NCBI GenBank assembly: GCA_054600435.1
Contig: BAAIJX010000012.1
Location: 1 to 64,000, forward strand
DNA length: 64,000 bases
From: Neophaeotheca triangularis
Taxonomy: Eukaryota
Direction of reading: 5' to 3'
In this document: piece after piece, positions 12,822 to 25,717 of the stretch
Layout of the letters: each line of letters opens with the position of its first letter
How positions within the stretch are numbered: the first letter of the stretch is position 1
Position numbers and translations under genes: made by a program
Notes under the pieces: generated by a model
What the model saw: the letters and a program-made list of their open reading frames with translations, nothing else
The model's database searches: none
What the model was told of the DNA's origin: nothing

Positions 12822-14148
12822 CTAGACCTCCACCCCCTCCAACCCGCCCAAGACCTCCTCTCCCACACCCCCCTTCCCAACAGCCAACCTAACCATCTCC
12901 TTGACAACCCCCCTCCCAACCCCACCCCTAGGCGGCCTCCAAACGCTCGCCCCCTCGTCCCGCTCCCTCAAAACCAGCGCCTCGGCTTGCGAGACCGACG
13001 CGTTGCCGGCTGAATTCGTGGCCGCGCTGGCGTCGAGAGCGCGCGGCACGCCGGGCGCTGTGAGGCGCGAGGGCATGGGGATTGTGCGGAGGGTTAGGGG
13101 GACGAAGGGGTCGGAGGAGTTGTTGTTGTTGTTGGTGGAGGAAGGGGTGGTGGTGTTTGGGGTCAAGGAGATGGCGAGGACGGCGTCGGCGACGGCGAGT
13201 TCGGAAGCCGAGGGGTCGAAGAGGATGGTTGGGCCGACGCTGATGACGAGGAGGGTTATGGGGGGTTGGTTGCTGTGGTTGTGGGGTGGTTTGCTCCGCT
13301 TGGTGTTGGTGTTGTTGGGTTGCGGGTACAGCGGTGTGGCGGCTTCCCAGTCGTCGTTGAAGAGCGGGTCTTCGTCCTTTTCGGAGACGAGGGCAGGCAG
13401 GCGGGTGTTGCGTAGGGCGAGGTATGTCGTGAGAGAGAGCAGAGGTAGCGGGTAGGAGAGCGGTTGCGAGAGTAGGAGGATCTGTTGGCGGCGGACTTAC
13501 CTTTAGCATTTGTAGTTTTTCCCATCTTCACCAGCGAGACGATCCTTCTTCTGCTGTTCTTGCCGCCTGCTGCGAGCGAAAAAGTAGCGGGAAGGGAAGG
13601 AAGAGGAAAAAAGCACCTACATCAATGTACAACCGCCAGTGAAAGCGGCGATTTATCCACAACCGATCCTTGAGCGCGCCATCCGCAAGCAACGCCTCAG
13701 TGAGCATGGAACCCAGAAAAACCGGCAGAGCATCATCATCCCGCATACCGGGGATCTCAATCGCCAACTCCACCCACCCAGCCTCACCCCTACCCTTCCC
13801 ACTCTCCTCCTCCTCATCCCCATCCCCTTCCCCCATCTCAACATCCACCGCACTCCCCTTGCCCAAGCCCCTCACGCCCTGCGCCTCGACCTCCCCACCG
13901 CCACCCCTCCCAGCACCACGACCACCCCTCTCAACCTCAGCCTTGACCCCGACAACGGCCTCGGTGCCATCGGCGAAACAAACGCGCGCGCTGCCGTTGG
14001 CCAAAGGCAGGACTTCCGTCTCGGCTACGAGCGGGCGGAATTGCGTGGGCGAGCGGCCGTCGGGCCGGATCGGTGGGGTTTGCGAGAGCGAGGTGTGCAG
14101 GTACGAGAGCTCAGCGGGAGAGAGGGGGATGTTGGTGTAGGGGGGCAT
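12822..14148 (-). CDS. RRP42: Exosome RNase PH-like subunit Rrp42; 2 exons (14148-13621, 13481-12822)
   Basis: LSPAELSYLHTSL..IRPDGRSPTQFRPL..NGSARVCF..VGVKAEVE; WRLYID|ILLLSQPLSYPLPLLSL joined across intron 13482-13620 (GTAGGT...CAG); DPLFNDDWEA. Confidence 0.88.
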
Positions 14149-15323
14149 GGTTGGTTTTGTGAGGAGGGCCCGCGGGTGGGGGCTTTTTCTGGGTTTGTGG
14201 GGGGCTGTGGGCGGTTGCAGCGTTGGTGGGTTTGTGAGGTGGGGATCATGCGTTCCTTGGTGGTTTGGGTAGTTTGGTTGTTGTGATTAGGTGGTGGTGA
14301 TGGTGGTGGTTGGTTAGTTGAGGGGGTGGAAGTGAACGTGGGTTTTCATGGTAAGTGATGTTGGAGAGCTGATGTTGAAATTTGTCGCGAGTCGCGTTCG
14401 CAAAGTCATGCATGCTTCGAAGCTTCACGGAGTGTGCAGTGAATGCAATTTTGACAGAATCCAATACGACGACGGGACTGATTCGCTTCGAACACTTCAA
14501 GACAAAACAAGACCACATAGAAGGTGAAAGCACGACAATTAGACAGCAAATATACGCAGTATACAGCTATCTCTCCACGGCGCGCGGCCACCAACAAGGC
14601 CACCACCACTCCCCTCCTCCCTGCCACTGACCCAGCCAACCTCCGAGAAAAACTCCTGGCAAGATAACACTACTATAGGAAAGATTAAAAAACGAAAGCA
14701 AAAGCCACCAACAATCGAGCACAGACGGCTCTTTGGGGTATCCGCCGAAAAGTCCAAACCAAGATCAATCAACACAACGAAGTCTCGATGGAAAATAGAT
14801 GGACAGAGCAAAGCCGAAAGAAGAAAAAAAAAAACAGCACGTTCTCTCTCTCTCTCTCTCTCTCTCTGTACAAAAAACCCTGCAGGACCCAAACCCCTTT
14901 TGTAACGAAGGTGTCGACGCCCCATCTGATAGTAAAAGAATCGAGTAAGAGTGGAAAATGAGAGACTTCGAACCCCAGAGACCACTGTTGCCTTTGGGAG
15001 CAAAATACGCCGTCGACGCCGGGCTTGTGCAAGCGAATGTGTTCTCTCCTTCTGCTTTTGTTGTGGCCTCTCGCGCTCTCTCTCGCCAGGTGCGCCGGTA
15101 AGTCGCCGTGCCGTGTATGTTTTAAAGCAAACGGATGATAGTAGTAATGTAAAAGCATATAACGCAGACCAGCTCCGCTAGTTGGCCATTATGAAGTGAA
15201 ACAAAAACGTATGGCGCCGTTCCAGATGCTAGTGTATGGACAAAGGAGATTGTGAGATTGCTGTACAGGTTGGTGGAGGTGTTGTTCAAGGTCTGAAGGT
15301 AGAGGAGCGTGGTCCTACCCTGA

Positions 15324-17763
15324 CTACCGGTATGCAGCTTGAGTCGCGAAGATGCTGGCAGCAGCCGACGCAGCCCAGTCGTTCTCATCGTAAGGAGGCG
15401 TCGGCCATTGTGGGTTGTCATTGGGCTTGTGCGACCGTGCAACGGGAATGTCCATCGGTTTGCTTGGTGTGTAGTCGTGAGAGCCGAAGTTGAGGTTGTG
15501 ATCCTTGGATGGCGATGGGGTTAGGTATGCACCAGGATCTGACGTAACGTGCTGCACAGCCGGGCGTGTCGAGTGTTCGTGAGCTTTGCTTTGGCTGCGA
15601 TCCAGTCGGCGCACGGCTGACTGGGCAGAGGTAAGAGCTTCGTCGAGAAGTTCTTCCTCTTCATCCGGCGTCTCGTAGCGCGGTTGGTGGGTGGCTTGCT
15701 TGACTGAGCGCCGTGTTCGACTGGAAACCGGACCGTTTGCTGGTGACGACGGTGAGCTTTTGCCCTCGGCACTGTATGGAAGTGAGTGGTGGCGTTTGAG
15801 TGTTGGGTTGCTTGCCACCCTCGCTGGGTGTTTCGGTGCTGGGTGGGCCGCGTTTACCGCAGCGTCCAAGCTATACCGCACGTTCTGCAGGGCGCGGTCG
15901 AGCTCAGCAAAGTTAGGGTCGGCGGATGGGTCGGATGCTTGCTGAGCGACAGCTTGGGTGTCTTGCGTGGATTGTCTGTTGGGACCGCTCCAAGGAACAC
16001 AGCCAGCATTAGCCTCGATGTCATCCGCGTTTGGTGAGCTGGGACCTTGTTGGCGACCAGACAATCTCCGAGCACGTTTTCGCAGGTGAGAGAAGAAGCC
16101 CCCTCCCTTCTGACTCTCGGTTGGCGACTTCAGACCATCACCGCCAGTCAACATGCGCTCTGCCTCTTGACGCTGAATGTCCGCGTAGTGGTTCCCATGC
16201 GATGCCACAGACAATTGTCTACCGACTTTGTTGCTGCGTCCTTCTTGTTCGCCCCTCTTAGTGTTCGCTTGAGCGACGGTGCTATCAGGCAATGGGGAAA
16301 CCGGCTTGATCGAAGGCAGGATAGGAATGGGCGCAGCATTGCCATTCGCCCCATTCGTCCATGTCGCACGCTTGGTAGGGTTTTGCTTCGCCTTGTTCGC
16401 CGGGCCCACGTCTGACATATTCGCATGCACCGGAACCGGCCTCTGGTCTGGACGTTGCAAAGGTTGATTGTGCTCTGGCACTGACGGAGCAGGACTGTCT
16501 CGACCAGCACCGAGCGATTTCCGGAACCAGGATGAGGTTTTTGTGTGGAGAACGTGGCCATCATCGCCGTATCCGACATTTGAAGATTTCCTCCCCAGGA
16601 TTCGTGAAGATGAAGTCTTGGGCCGTAGAGGATCGACAGCGTCTGTGAAGTATTCGTGTTCCATGGCTTGCCTCGAAGTTGGTCGTGCCTTGGGATCCCA
16701 CATGAGGCACCACGTGACAAAGTTTGCAAGGCTCGCAGGCCATTCTGGAGCTGGTAGTACAGTCTCCAGCGAGTGAGGAGCCATCTTTGGGAACGAAAAG
16801 CCAAGCTTCTGTGCCAGCCTGATACCATCCTTCCACTCACCACCTCCGACCTTCTGGTTTCTCCTGTCAATCCAGCCGCCTGGACTGCCCATTATCTCAC
16901 AAACTCTCCAAACCTGATCCACCTCGTTGCCGCCAGGGAATAACGGCTTCAGAGTCGCAATTTCGACAGCCATTGCTCCTATCGCCCAGATATCGACTGG
17001 TGCAGAGTACTCGCCGGCTCTCAGAAGCACTTCGGGTGCTCTGTACCACCTCGTGGACACGTATGTTGTGTATGGCACTCTAGAGGTGGTTTCTCTTGCG
17101 AGACCAAAATCAGCAATTTTGATCGAATATTGCGGGGGCGTCGAAGGGGGCGTGACAAGCGCTGAATACCGCCTGAACGTGTTGCCAGATTCGGAGGCCG
17201 AGCTCGATACCAGGATATTTTCGGGCTTGATGTCGCGGTGGAAGAAGCTGTGCTCGTGGATATGTTCGAGCCCTGATAGAATCTGGAATAGTATGCTTTT
17301 GACTGTACTACCGTCGAGGTGCTTGTGATCCCGAGCCTTCATTAGCTGGTAGAGGTTGCCATCCATGTACTCCATTGCGATGTGCAGCTTCCTGCTGATG
17401 GGGTCGAGGAAGATGTCGTAAGCCGGTACAAGGTGGGGATGATTAGGTAGCGATTTGAGGAACACGACCTCTCGTAGCTCCATGCATTGTGAGAAGTTCT
17501 CAAATGACTTCTTCATTGTTTTGATGGCGACCTAAGTAGATGTGAGTAAGAGGAAGTTAGCACCAAGTGGTTACATCACTGACCATGGTACCTCTGCGGA
17601 CTGTATGAGCGCCAGCGCTCCTCGTCCTGCCAAGGGCAACACTGCCAAAGCTGCCATCGCCGATATCTTTGACAATTTCGAATTTGTCTTCGAGGCAGAG
17701 AGGCTGTTGCGAACTGGATGACCAGCCGCGATGTGAGATGTCGTCCCGGTACGCGATAGTCAT
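15324..17763 (-). CDS. IME2: Ime2/MAK-family (ImeB/Crk1-like) protein kinase; 2 exons (17763-17584, 17531-15324)
   Basis: IGDGSFGSV, VAIK, HRDIKPEN, DFG, TTYVSTRWYRAPE (TxY activation loop), C-terminal WAASAAASIF. Intron 17532-17583 (GTCAGT...GCTAAC...TAG). Confidence 0.93.
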
Positions 17764-19132
17764 TGTCACAGATGTGCTCGAAGTCGAAGCAGACACTCAA
17801 AAACCAATGGCTTGCTACCTAGACATCAAGCTTCGGGTATATCTGTTGAGCGATCAGTTGTGGTCCCCTCACTGCGGTCGTCATTGGCACATACGTTATT
17901 CTCGCACGGTGATGGAAGATGACGTGTCTTTGGTCGTTGTGGTGTTGATGAGTGACCGTCGAGGTCGATGAGATTACGATTAGTTGGGGGGGCGTTGATA
18001 GTAATGATATCGGGTTGTAAGGATGTCGCTGCTTGGAATTAAGATACTTCAGGGTCCTCCTGCACAGGCGTCGAGTTGGGTGTAAAAGGAACGTGGAGCG
18101 CTGCAAGGCTGTCGGTGAGGGAAGAGAAGGTCGATGCTACTGCAACGAGCGTCGTAAACTGAGCCTTGACCGCGACGCTACAGATGGCGGTCCTGGCGGA
18201 TGGCCTCCCGGCAAGATGGTATCCCTTAGTAGACGATCACCAGGGACAATGCCGACGAGTTAGTGCGAGCCGGTGGCTTGACTCGACGACAAGTGGGTCT
18301 CCGGGAGGGATGCTGAGACAGCCTGGTGCTTTCTCCAGGGCTCGAAAAGGAGGCCCGCGATAGATTAGGCTTCGGGCGCGCTTATCCCGGTACGGAGCGT
18401 TGCGAAAGGTCGAGGGCGGGGGGGAAAGGGCGGTGCAGCGAGTGACAACGGCGAGGTGGTGCTTGTCGCGTTGATGTTGATTCAGTTATTCTAATCCTTC
18501 GAAGAGGTAGTCTGGTGTGCTGACGCCGAGGTGCAGCTCGGTCGGGCTCGATCAATATCAAGGTGACCTTCGAGAACAACCCGGGACCGCGGTTCAGCGT
18601 TGATTAGTTAGAAGGAGAGAACTCGCAAGCAAGTGAAACAAGCGTGAAGAGGGCCGAGTAGCGTCGGGTAATAATGAGTGTCAACTGGCAATGTCAACGG
18701 CGGCGGCGGAGACAACCGTTTCGAGAAGGAGGCGCACTGACACGGCGGTCAAGACTCAAGAGGCGGAGGAGTCAGGGCTCCCAAACAGACGAGGGTCGAT
18801 GGCATGCCAACAAAGCACAGAGACTCGACTCGAAGATTGGCGGGCACGGGCACAGCGGTAGGATTATTATTGAAAGTTGGCAGTTGAGACTGTGCTTCAC
18901 CCCTGATGAGTGATGAGTGAGTGATATGGCTGGGGAAGTGGCCCCGCGAGCACTAGTTGCAAAATGGCACAGTAGGCCGGTCTCTGAGTGGTCAAGAAAA
19001 AGACGATGCCCAAGGTGACGTTGGATTGGCCCAATTCCGATAATCCATCGGGGGTTTCAGGCGGCGGACGACTGTTGCGGCTGGAATCAGATGTCGTTGT
19101 TGATGGCGGTGATGGGGCCGAGAACGAATGCG

Positions 19133-19194
19133 GTGGTGGTGGTGGTGGTGGTGTCGGATGATATGAGAGGCCACGCACTCAGACGAGAGTGAGA

Positions 19195-19239
<45 letters not shown>

Positions 19240-19929
19240 AGGGGGGAGGGAAGGGGAGGGGGAGGCAACAACAAGGCGTCAGGCCCAATTCGGCAGACGA
19301 TGATGGATATGGAAGGCTGGTCGCTGGTCAGTGGTCAGTAGTAGTGTCAGTGGTCAGACTCACTGGTTAGTGGTGTGAGGCGGAAGGTTTAGGTACCTAG
19401 GCTTCGGTCCCGCTTGCCCGTGCGGCCCCGTCCACCCCTGCTGAGAGTACCCGTAGTCTACCTAGTCTGACTCTGACCACTCAATTATTTTTAAATAAAC
19501 CATCATAACAACGCCTACCGTACCTACTAGTAGGTAATCATCAATAATAATAATAAGTTATCGACTATACCTGACCAGCACAATAATCTGAAGTACATAC
19601 ACCACTCAAAGATATGCACGAGCTTGGCGACTGCTCCCCACCCTGCAGCAGCAATGCAATGCAATGCAATGCGATGCACACGCGAAACGCCAGCGATACA
19701 CCCGACGTCTCTTGCTGGTCGAATCGTACTGTAGGTACCTTAGATGGGGAAACGAATGGTGCAAAGCCTGCTTGCTGTGCCATCCATACATATACAGCAG
19801 TATACTACTACACATCCAGCTGGGGAACCCGTTCGTGGCGTTAAGCGACAAACACGTAAAATGAACGCCTCGCTGCAGTTGTCCGTAGGGCAGGTCTTGC
19901 TCGGAGCAAGCATCACCACCATCATCATC

Positions 19930-19961
<32 letters not shown>

Positions 19962-20519
19962 CATCATTCCTCCTCCCATCACCAATGCACACATCAGCAG
20001 TACGCCCGTGACAGTGCTGGCCCACCAGGTACTTAGCAGACAGCGTGTGCCTTGGTCGACCCCTTTTCATCTTCGTTAATTAACTGCCCAAATCTCCGAG
20101 CCCTCTCCGCCTCTCGATTAATCATGGGCAGAAACGGCGCCGTCGTCGGCTCGCCGGATAGCCACATCACGTCCCCCTTTCCCTCCCAAACTGTCCCGCC
20201 CGTGCATTATTGTGCAGTAGCGCTGCATTGACGGTTTCATTTCCTGTTTTCGCCTGCCAGGTACGGGTGCACCGTGTACGGTTACAAGTACCTGATTCTC
20301 AGCATCTACGGGACGGTTATCTTCCCTTCAGCCTTGGTTATTATTGGTGGAGTCTGTCGGGGCGCGGTTTTGCCAGCTCTCTACGTGTCGCCCTCGTATG
20401 GTATCGACAGCGAAGAAGACGTGCTTTTCCTACGAGCCAAGCGAAGCTGCATACGAGTTTGCGTGGTTTTACGACCACTCAACTCGACGTCGCAGCAGCA
20501 GCAGCAGCAGCAGCAGCAG
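19133..20519. repeat. Cluster of trinucleotide microsatellites: (GGT)n ~19133, (TAG)15 19195-19239, (CAT)n ~19911-19966, (CAG)9 ~20493-20519
   Basis: Read directly in the long region upstream of IME2. Confidence 0.85.
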
Positions 20520-21042
20520 CCAAAAACACGGGCGCGCAGGCCGGATCAAGTACATGATAATAATAATGACATTGGATACTTCCCGCAGCAGGCCTTCGTG
20601 GATGCTTACCGGCTGCCTGCCAGCGTGGCTAGCATGCGTGAGGTGTCTTGCCAGTTTGCCCGTACCCATTTACTACAGCCTTGTTTGTTCACCATACTGG
20701 TATCCGATCTAGACCTTCGGAATCCGTAACTTACCTTGAGATGCTAGGTAAGTACCTACAATAGTTGGTACTAATCACGCCTCGCACTTTACCTACGTAG
20801 ACACTATGTACTCCCTTGCATCCTGGAAGAGTCAAACCTTGCAGCTGCACGCTCAACACGTGCACGTCACGACTCCCCCCTGCAGCCACTACCGACCGAC
20901 CGCCCTACTTCCCGACGCTGACAGCTGCCATCGTGCCCGGTGGAGACATCTCCGGTACCTACCCTCATCCTGCTTTTGAAGACATCTCGTCATGATTGTC
21001 CTTAGGTATTACTACTGTACCAACCCAAGCTCATATTTGAAG

Positions 21043-21285
21043 CTATCTAGGTAGTTTGACGGGAGTTTGCGTTTTCCGGCGAATTTCGATAGATGGCTCC
21101 TGTAATTCGTTAGCAGTGGGGTGGTTGCGGTTTTGCTTACCGTAGGGCCATGGCGGAGCGTAGTTGTCGTTGGTCTGGTGGTGGGCTGGGAAGTACCAGG
21201 TACAGTTTGGTGTGTGGGGATAGATGTAGTAAGGGATTGGTCGTTTGCCACCGCAGTCGTAGTGGAGGACGTTGTAGACGCACAT
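21043..21285 (-). CDS. Small (~80 aa) hypothetical protein with N-terminal MCxYxxxxYxCG motif (possibly degenerate)
   Basis: ATG at 21285 is preceded by an acceptor-like CTATCCAG|A; its N-terminal motif resembles that of the neighbouring ORF 21662..22525. Confidence 0.35.
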   Translation of the reverse strand: MCVYNVLHYDCGGKRPIPYYIYPHTPNCTWYFPAHHQTNDNYAPPWPYGKQNRNHPTANELQEPSIEIRRKTQTPVKLPR

Positions 21286-21661
21286 TCTGGATAGAGTTAT
21301 GAGAGAAGGATGGGTGGGGTTTAGCTTAGTAGGTCGTGGGGCTATCTTCTCCTGGAGATATACAGACAACCGTCCTATGCTTTGTTCTGTAATAGTCGGT
21401 AGTTGGCCACATCTCAAGAGGGTTGCAAGTTGATCGACGTGGTTTCATTTGATGCGCACGCGATGCGATCGTGACCTCTTTAAGAAACCAGTATCTATCA
21501 ACCAGCAAGGCAGAAGACACACCAATCCCTCATCGTTCCAGCTCCCCAGCTTGTCAGATCCAACCCAGTCCAGCCCAACCCCAACCCTCCCAATTCCAAA
21601 CCACCAACTCCAAAATCACTCCTAACATCCAACCCACTCCCCTAAGCCTCTCCCCACAACC

Positions 21662-21672
21662 TCAATCCAACC

Positions 21673-21747
<75 letters not shown>

Positions 21748-22525
21748 CCCTCCCCACCCCTCCATCCCCCCTCAACCGCCCAACACCCAAATCCCCCACC
21801 TGCGCCCTCAGCCTAAACCGCTCCCTAGCCTCCCTCTCAGCCCCGACCCAATCCACCCACTCCAACCCCGCTTCGGCCAAAACTTGAAACCCGCCCTGCG
21901 GACCCGGACACGCGTTCATGTCGACAGAGCTGCCAGCGGTGCTAGTGCTGGCACTCTTGAAGTGAGAGGAGCCGCCGCGAGTGTTAGGGAGTCTGGTGGC
22001 GGCGGTGCGGTTGGTTGCGGAGATGGGCTGGCAGGAGGGGAAGAAGTCGAGGGGTGGGAGCTGGGGGGGCGATGAGGATGTTGGCGCGGGCGGGAGTGCT
22101 GGGGGTTGGGATTTTGGCTGTGGGCGAGGAGGAAGGGTCGAGGGGAGAGGTGGTCTTGTTGGTGCTGGAGGAGTGGTGGCCGTGGTGGGGGTTGCGTGCG
22201 CGCTGGTGGGTGGTGTTCTCGGTGCCTTTTCATCGCTTGCGTTTGGTGTTGTTGCTGCTGCTGTGCCGGCAGTCATGGGATTCACGCTTTGGCTTCCGGC
22301 GGGCACGGCATCGCAGGCGGCGCTGTCGTCGGGGTCGTCTTCTTCGTTCGTGTGCTGCGTGCCCTCTTCAGCCGCTACGCATTGCGAGCAGGGCCCCTCC
22401 CTAGTCATTGTGGGGACGACGTGGAGGATGCAGGCTGTGTCGCTGTGCAGTTGCGCGTCGCAGTATTCAACCTTGGAGTCTTTCAGGGCGCCGCAGGGGC
22501 GATAGGAGATGTGGTATTTGCACAT
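21662..22525 (-). CDS. Hypothetical protein: Cys-rich N-terminal domain (MCKY...PCG...C...C...CSQC), Pro/Thr-rich linker, (GE)n tail
   Basis: 287-aa ORF; 5' UTR intron (GTGAGT donor ~22617, CTGCAG acceptor 4 nt before the ATG). Confidence 0.6.
21675..21746. repeat. (CCCTCA)12 hexanucleotide repeat encoding the GE dipeptide tail of ORF 21662..22525
   Basis: Read directly from the sequence. Confidence 0.9.
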
Positions 22526-22836
22526 GTTTCTGCAGCATGCTCTGACAAGAGAGATAGGATAGAGGGAGAGGAAAGTAAGATATAAATCGGCTAGGCGACG
22601 CCGGCAGAGGACTCACCGTTGTCTCCAGCAGATTCTGGACTCTGGTCGATGGTGATTCTGTCGCCTGATTGCGATTGCTCGCTCGATCGGGCCTTTTCGT
22701 GTATATCCTTGTACGTTACTCACAATCGTCGTACCTCGTTGCTCTCTCCGTCCACCAACGCCTTGCTCAACATGCCGACGCTAGAACGCTTTCCCTCAAC
22801 CACCTGCGTGCACACTCATCAAAACGTTTTCCCATC

Positions 22837-23858
22837 TTAAGCTTTTCCCGCTCTCCCCGCCTGGATAATTTCCCCGGTATGCGGATCAGTCGCCCTCAAC
22901 ACCGGCCAGCCCCTTCCATCAGCCTTCGCAAGCGTCAACTCCAACTTCGTCCCCATGATCTTGAAAGAGCTCTCCTCCGGCTTGATAGGCCCATAAAGCA
23001 GCATATCAACGGCAAACCTCTTGCGGTCCGCCGTCCTCAGATCCAAAGCCACCGTTTCAGCGTCCTTGAAAGCGACCGTACTCGTCTCTTTGTCAATCTT
23101 CTTCAAATACAACGACGCAATAACTGTGGTAGCCGTCTGGTAAAAGTCGTTGCGGACCTCACTCAGCGCCTCCTCGGTCTCGACGTCCTTCTTCTTGCCG
23201 ACGAACAGGTGGCGCTTCTTGGTCGTGCAACCGGGGATTCTCATGAACTCGTCGAACTCGAGCACGCGGCGTTTGCAGCAAGTCCAGCCCTTGGAGCCTT
23301 CGTGGAAGATGGCTGCGCCGGGGTGGTGTACGCATTGCTCTTCGTCGCGCGAGCTGAGGGCTTTGTAGACGGCCCCGCAACACTTGCGCTTACAGCTTGT
23401 GTTGTCGGGGACCGTGGCAGAGGGGTCATCGCTGTCCTCTTCCGGGGGAGCAGGAGATGGAGAGGCTCGCGGTGCTTGAGCGGCTATGGGAGCTCGCGAG
23501 ACTGCTGGGCCGAGGGACTCTTGTTTGTCCTTTTGCTGTTGGATTTTGGCGGCAACTTCCTCCTCAGTGTAGCCTGGTTTCGGCTCTTCTTGAGGAGTGT
23601 CATCGACGGTGCTGTGGGTGCCGGTCGTGCAGGGCGTGATGTTCATGAACTCGTCAAAGGTGAGGACGCGGGGTTTGCAGCACTTCCATCCCTTCTTTCC
23701 TGTTAGGAGCTTTGTTAGCTACGCGTTTGGTTTGGGGGAATACTACTTGGTATAGACCCACCTTCGTGAAAGATAGGCGGGCCTGGATGGTAGACGCACG
23801 CTTCGGACGGGTCGGTGAACATCTTGCCGCACCCTTTGTGCACGCATTTGGTAGCCAT
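22837..23858 (-). CDS. CHORD-CHORD-CS domain Hsp90 co-chaperone (CHORDC1/Chp-1-like); coding exons 23858-23762, 23699-22837
   Basis: Two CHORD motifs (C..GC..CVYHPGPPIFHEG|KKGWKCC..; CVHHPGAAIFHEGSKGWTCC) and a CS domain (RNDFYQT..KLELTLAKA..WP). Intron 23700-23761. Confidence 0.93.
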
Positions 23859-24093
23859 GTTGACTGAATAGGGGAGAAATTCAATGCTCGTTACGTGAAA
23901 ACGTCGTCGGTGGAGAGCAGGGGTGTGTGTGGGAAAGGTAGCAGAAGTTATGGGAACAAACGGCAGAAGGCAAGGGAAGGTCGAGGGCGGTGAAGTCGGC
24001 AGTATTCTACGCGCTGCAGTAATGCTTCGAGGTACTGCACATACACCTAGGAGGTAGCTACGTGAAGTAAAATACAACAGACAAAAGTCCAAG

Positions 24094-24481
24094 ATGAGAG
24101 CCACCAGAGCGCTTCGCCAATGGGGTCTCCATCTGACCTTTTTCACGCGAGACAACTGCTCGCTATGTACCGACGCCAAGCATACCATGTCCAAAGTTTG
24201 GGATCGTCGGCCGTTCGAATACACCGAGATCAACGTGATGCAGCCGCAGCATCAAAAGTGGAAAATATATGAATTCGACACGCCTGTGGTGAGTAGGCCT
24301 CACGCTTCGCCCGTGTCTCCATTAACTGATCAAGACTGTCCAGGTCCATGTCGACAAGAAGCAGGCCGAAGATGACGGATGGACCACGACGACTGAGGCC
24401 CGGAAGCTCATGCATCGCTTTTCGGAAGCCGAACTGGAGAAGACCATGGACGAGGAAATGATGAAGCCTCCAGACGAGTAA
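24094..24481 (+). CDS. Glutaredoxin-like (DUF836) small protein, probably mitochondrial; exons 24094-24288, 24344-24481
   Basis: LTFFTRDNCSLC (CxxC), YEFDTPV|VHV, KLMHRF. Intron 24289-24343 (GTGAGT...ACTGAT...CAG) keeps the frame to TAA 24479-24481. Confidence 0.85.
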
Positions 24482-24788
24482 GGGAGTTTATCATGATCCT
24501 CTCGTCGGAGGTGTATTGAAATCGCCTTGTTACCTGGGAATTATCTCCGTCACTCAACTTACCCCTAGCTTCTTCAGTCAAGCCTCAGGTCTTGTGGATT
24601 TGCTTCCACTTGCGGGGTGCATACAGCTACAGCTATAGCTAAGGTAATCGCAGTGACACAAGTCTGAACAACACTGTATCAACCACAAACCCGCCCTTCG
24701 TCAAGATCAAGAATCGCCAATTTCTGCCCCCGGCCAGCCAACGCGAAGAGCAAACCCTCCAAATCCACCACCATCACCCCCGCTCAAA

Positions 24789-25646
24789 ATGCAATCAGCC
24801 AACCGCCTCCAAAAAGCCCTCCTCTCCTCCACCCCCACCTTCGGCGCCTGGCAAATGCTCCCGGGAACCCAACTCTCCCGCCTCCTCGCCCGCTCCTCTC
24901 CCGCCCTCGACTGGCAACTCCTCGACACGGAGCACGGCGCGCTAAGCGACAGCGCCATGCACGAATCCGTCGCGGCCGTCGCAGCCTGCGGCGTGAGTCC
25001 CGTGGTGCGAGTCGCCGACGCCCAGCACTGGATGCTGAAACGAGCCCTGGACGCGGGCGCTCACGGGGTGATCGTGCCGCTGCTGCAGTCGGCGAGCGAT
25101 GCCGAAAAGGTCGTCGACTGGTGTAAGTTCCCTCCCAAGGGGACGAGGGGTTTCGGGAGTCCCTTTGCCATGGAGGCTTTTGTCGACGCCAAGGGCAAGG
25201 TGCCCAGCGCCGTGCAGTATTTGCAAGAAGCGAACGGGGCCGTGGTCGTCGCCGTGCAGATCGAGACGCGGGGCGCGCTGGACGATGTCGAGGCTATTGC
25301 GGCGGTCGACGGGGTTGATGTCTTGTTCGTTGGACCTTTTGATTTGGGGAATAATATTGGACATCCGATTCTCGGGGCCAAGTGGGATGAGGAGTTGGTT
25401 GCGGCTGTCGAGAGGATACGCGTTGCGGCTAAAGGGGCCGGGAAGAAGGTGGGGATTTATTGTGGTAGCGGAGAGCAGGCGAGGGAGTTTGCGGATAAGG
25501 GGTTTGATATGGTTAGTGCGGCTACAGATGCGCATGTTGTGAGCAAGGCTTTTGGACAGGCATTGGATGCTGCTCGGGGAAGCTATGTGCACGCTGGTGT
25601 GCAGGGGATCAAGCAAGGCATTGGAAAGATGACGACGAGCTCGTAA
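24789..25646 (+). CDS. HpcH/HpaI aldolase family protein
   Basis: LLDTEHG, KRALDAGAHGVIVP, KFPPKGTRGFG, QIET, DVLFVGPFDL. Confidence 0.92.
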   Translation: MQSANRLQKALLSSTPTFGAWQMLPGTQLSRLLARSSPALDWQLLDTEHGALSDSAMHESVAAVAACGVSPVVRVADAQHWMLKRALDAGAHGVIVPLLQSASDAEKVVDWCKFPPKGTRGFGSPFAMEAFVDAKGKVPSAVQYLQEANGAVVVAVQIETRGALDDVEAIAAVDGVDVLFVGPFDLGNNIGHPILGAKWDEELVAAVERIRVAAKGAGKKVGIYCGSGEQAREFADKGFDMVSAATDAHVVSKAFGQALDAARGSYVHAGVQGIKQGIGKMTTSS

Positions 25647-25717
25647 CGTAGGCACTTGAAATATATTCACGTCTACCCTTCTGCTAGCCACCCCTCTTCC
25701 CTTTGTTAGTTCAAGCT

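Noticed and set aside
13482..13520. Internal GTAAGT near the 3' end of the RRP42 intron as a stwintron or alternative donor
   Set aside because: Only ~19 nt from the acceptor; read-through to it hits a stop at 13528; no nested intron could be parsed.
21675..21746. Tandem repeats as CRISPR-like or telomere-like arrays
   Set aside because: Simple microsatellite without spacers in a eukaryotic genome; CCCTCA differs from CCCTAA and lies in a CDS.
24789..25646. Intron-less HpcH aldolase as a recent bacterial horizontal transfer
   Set aside because: The family is common in fungi, many neighbouring genes are also intron-less, and no compositional anomaly is evident.
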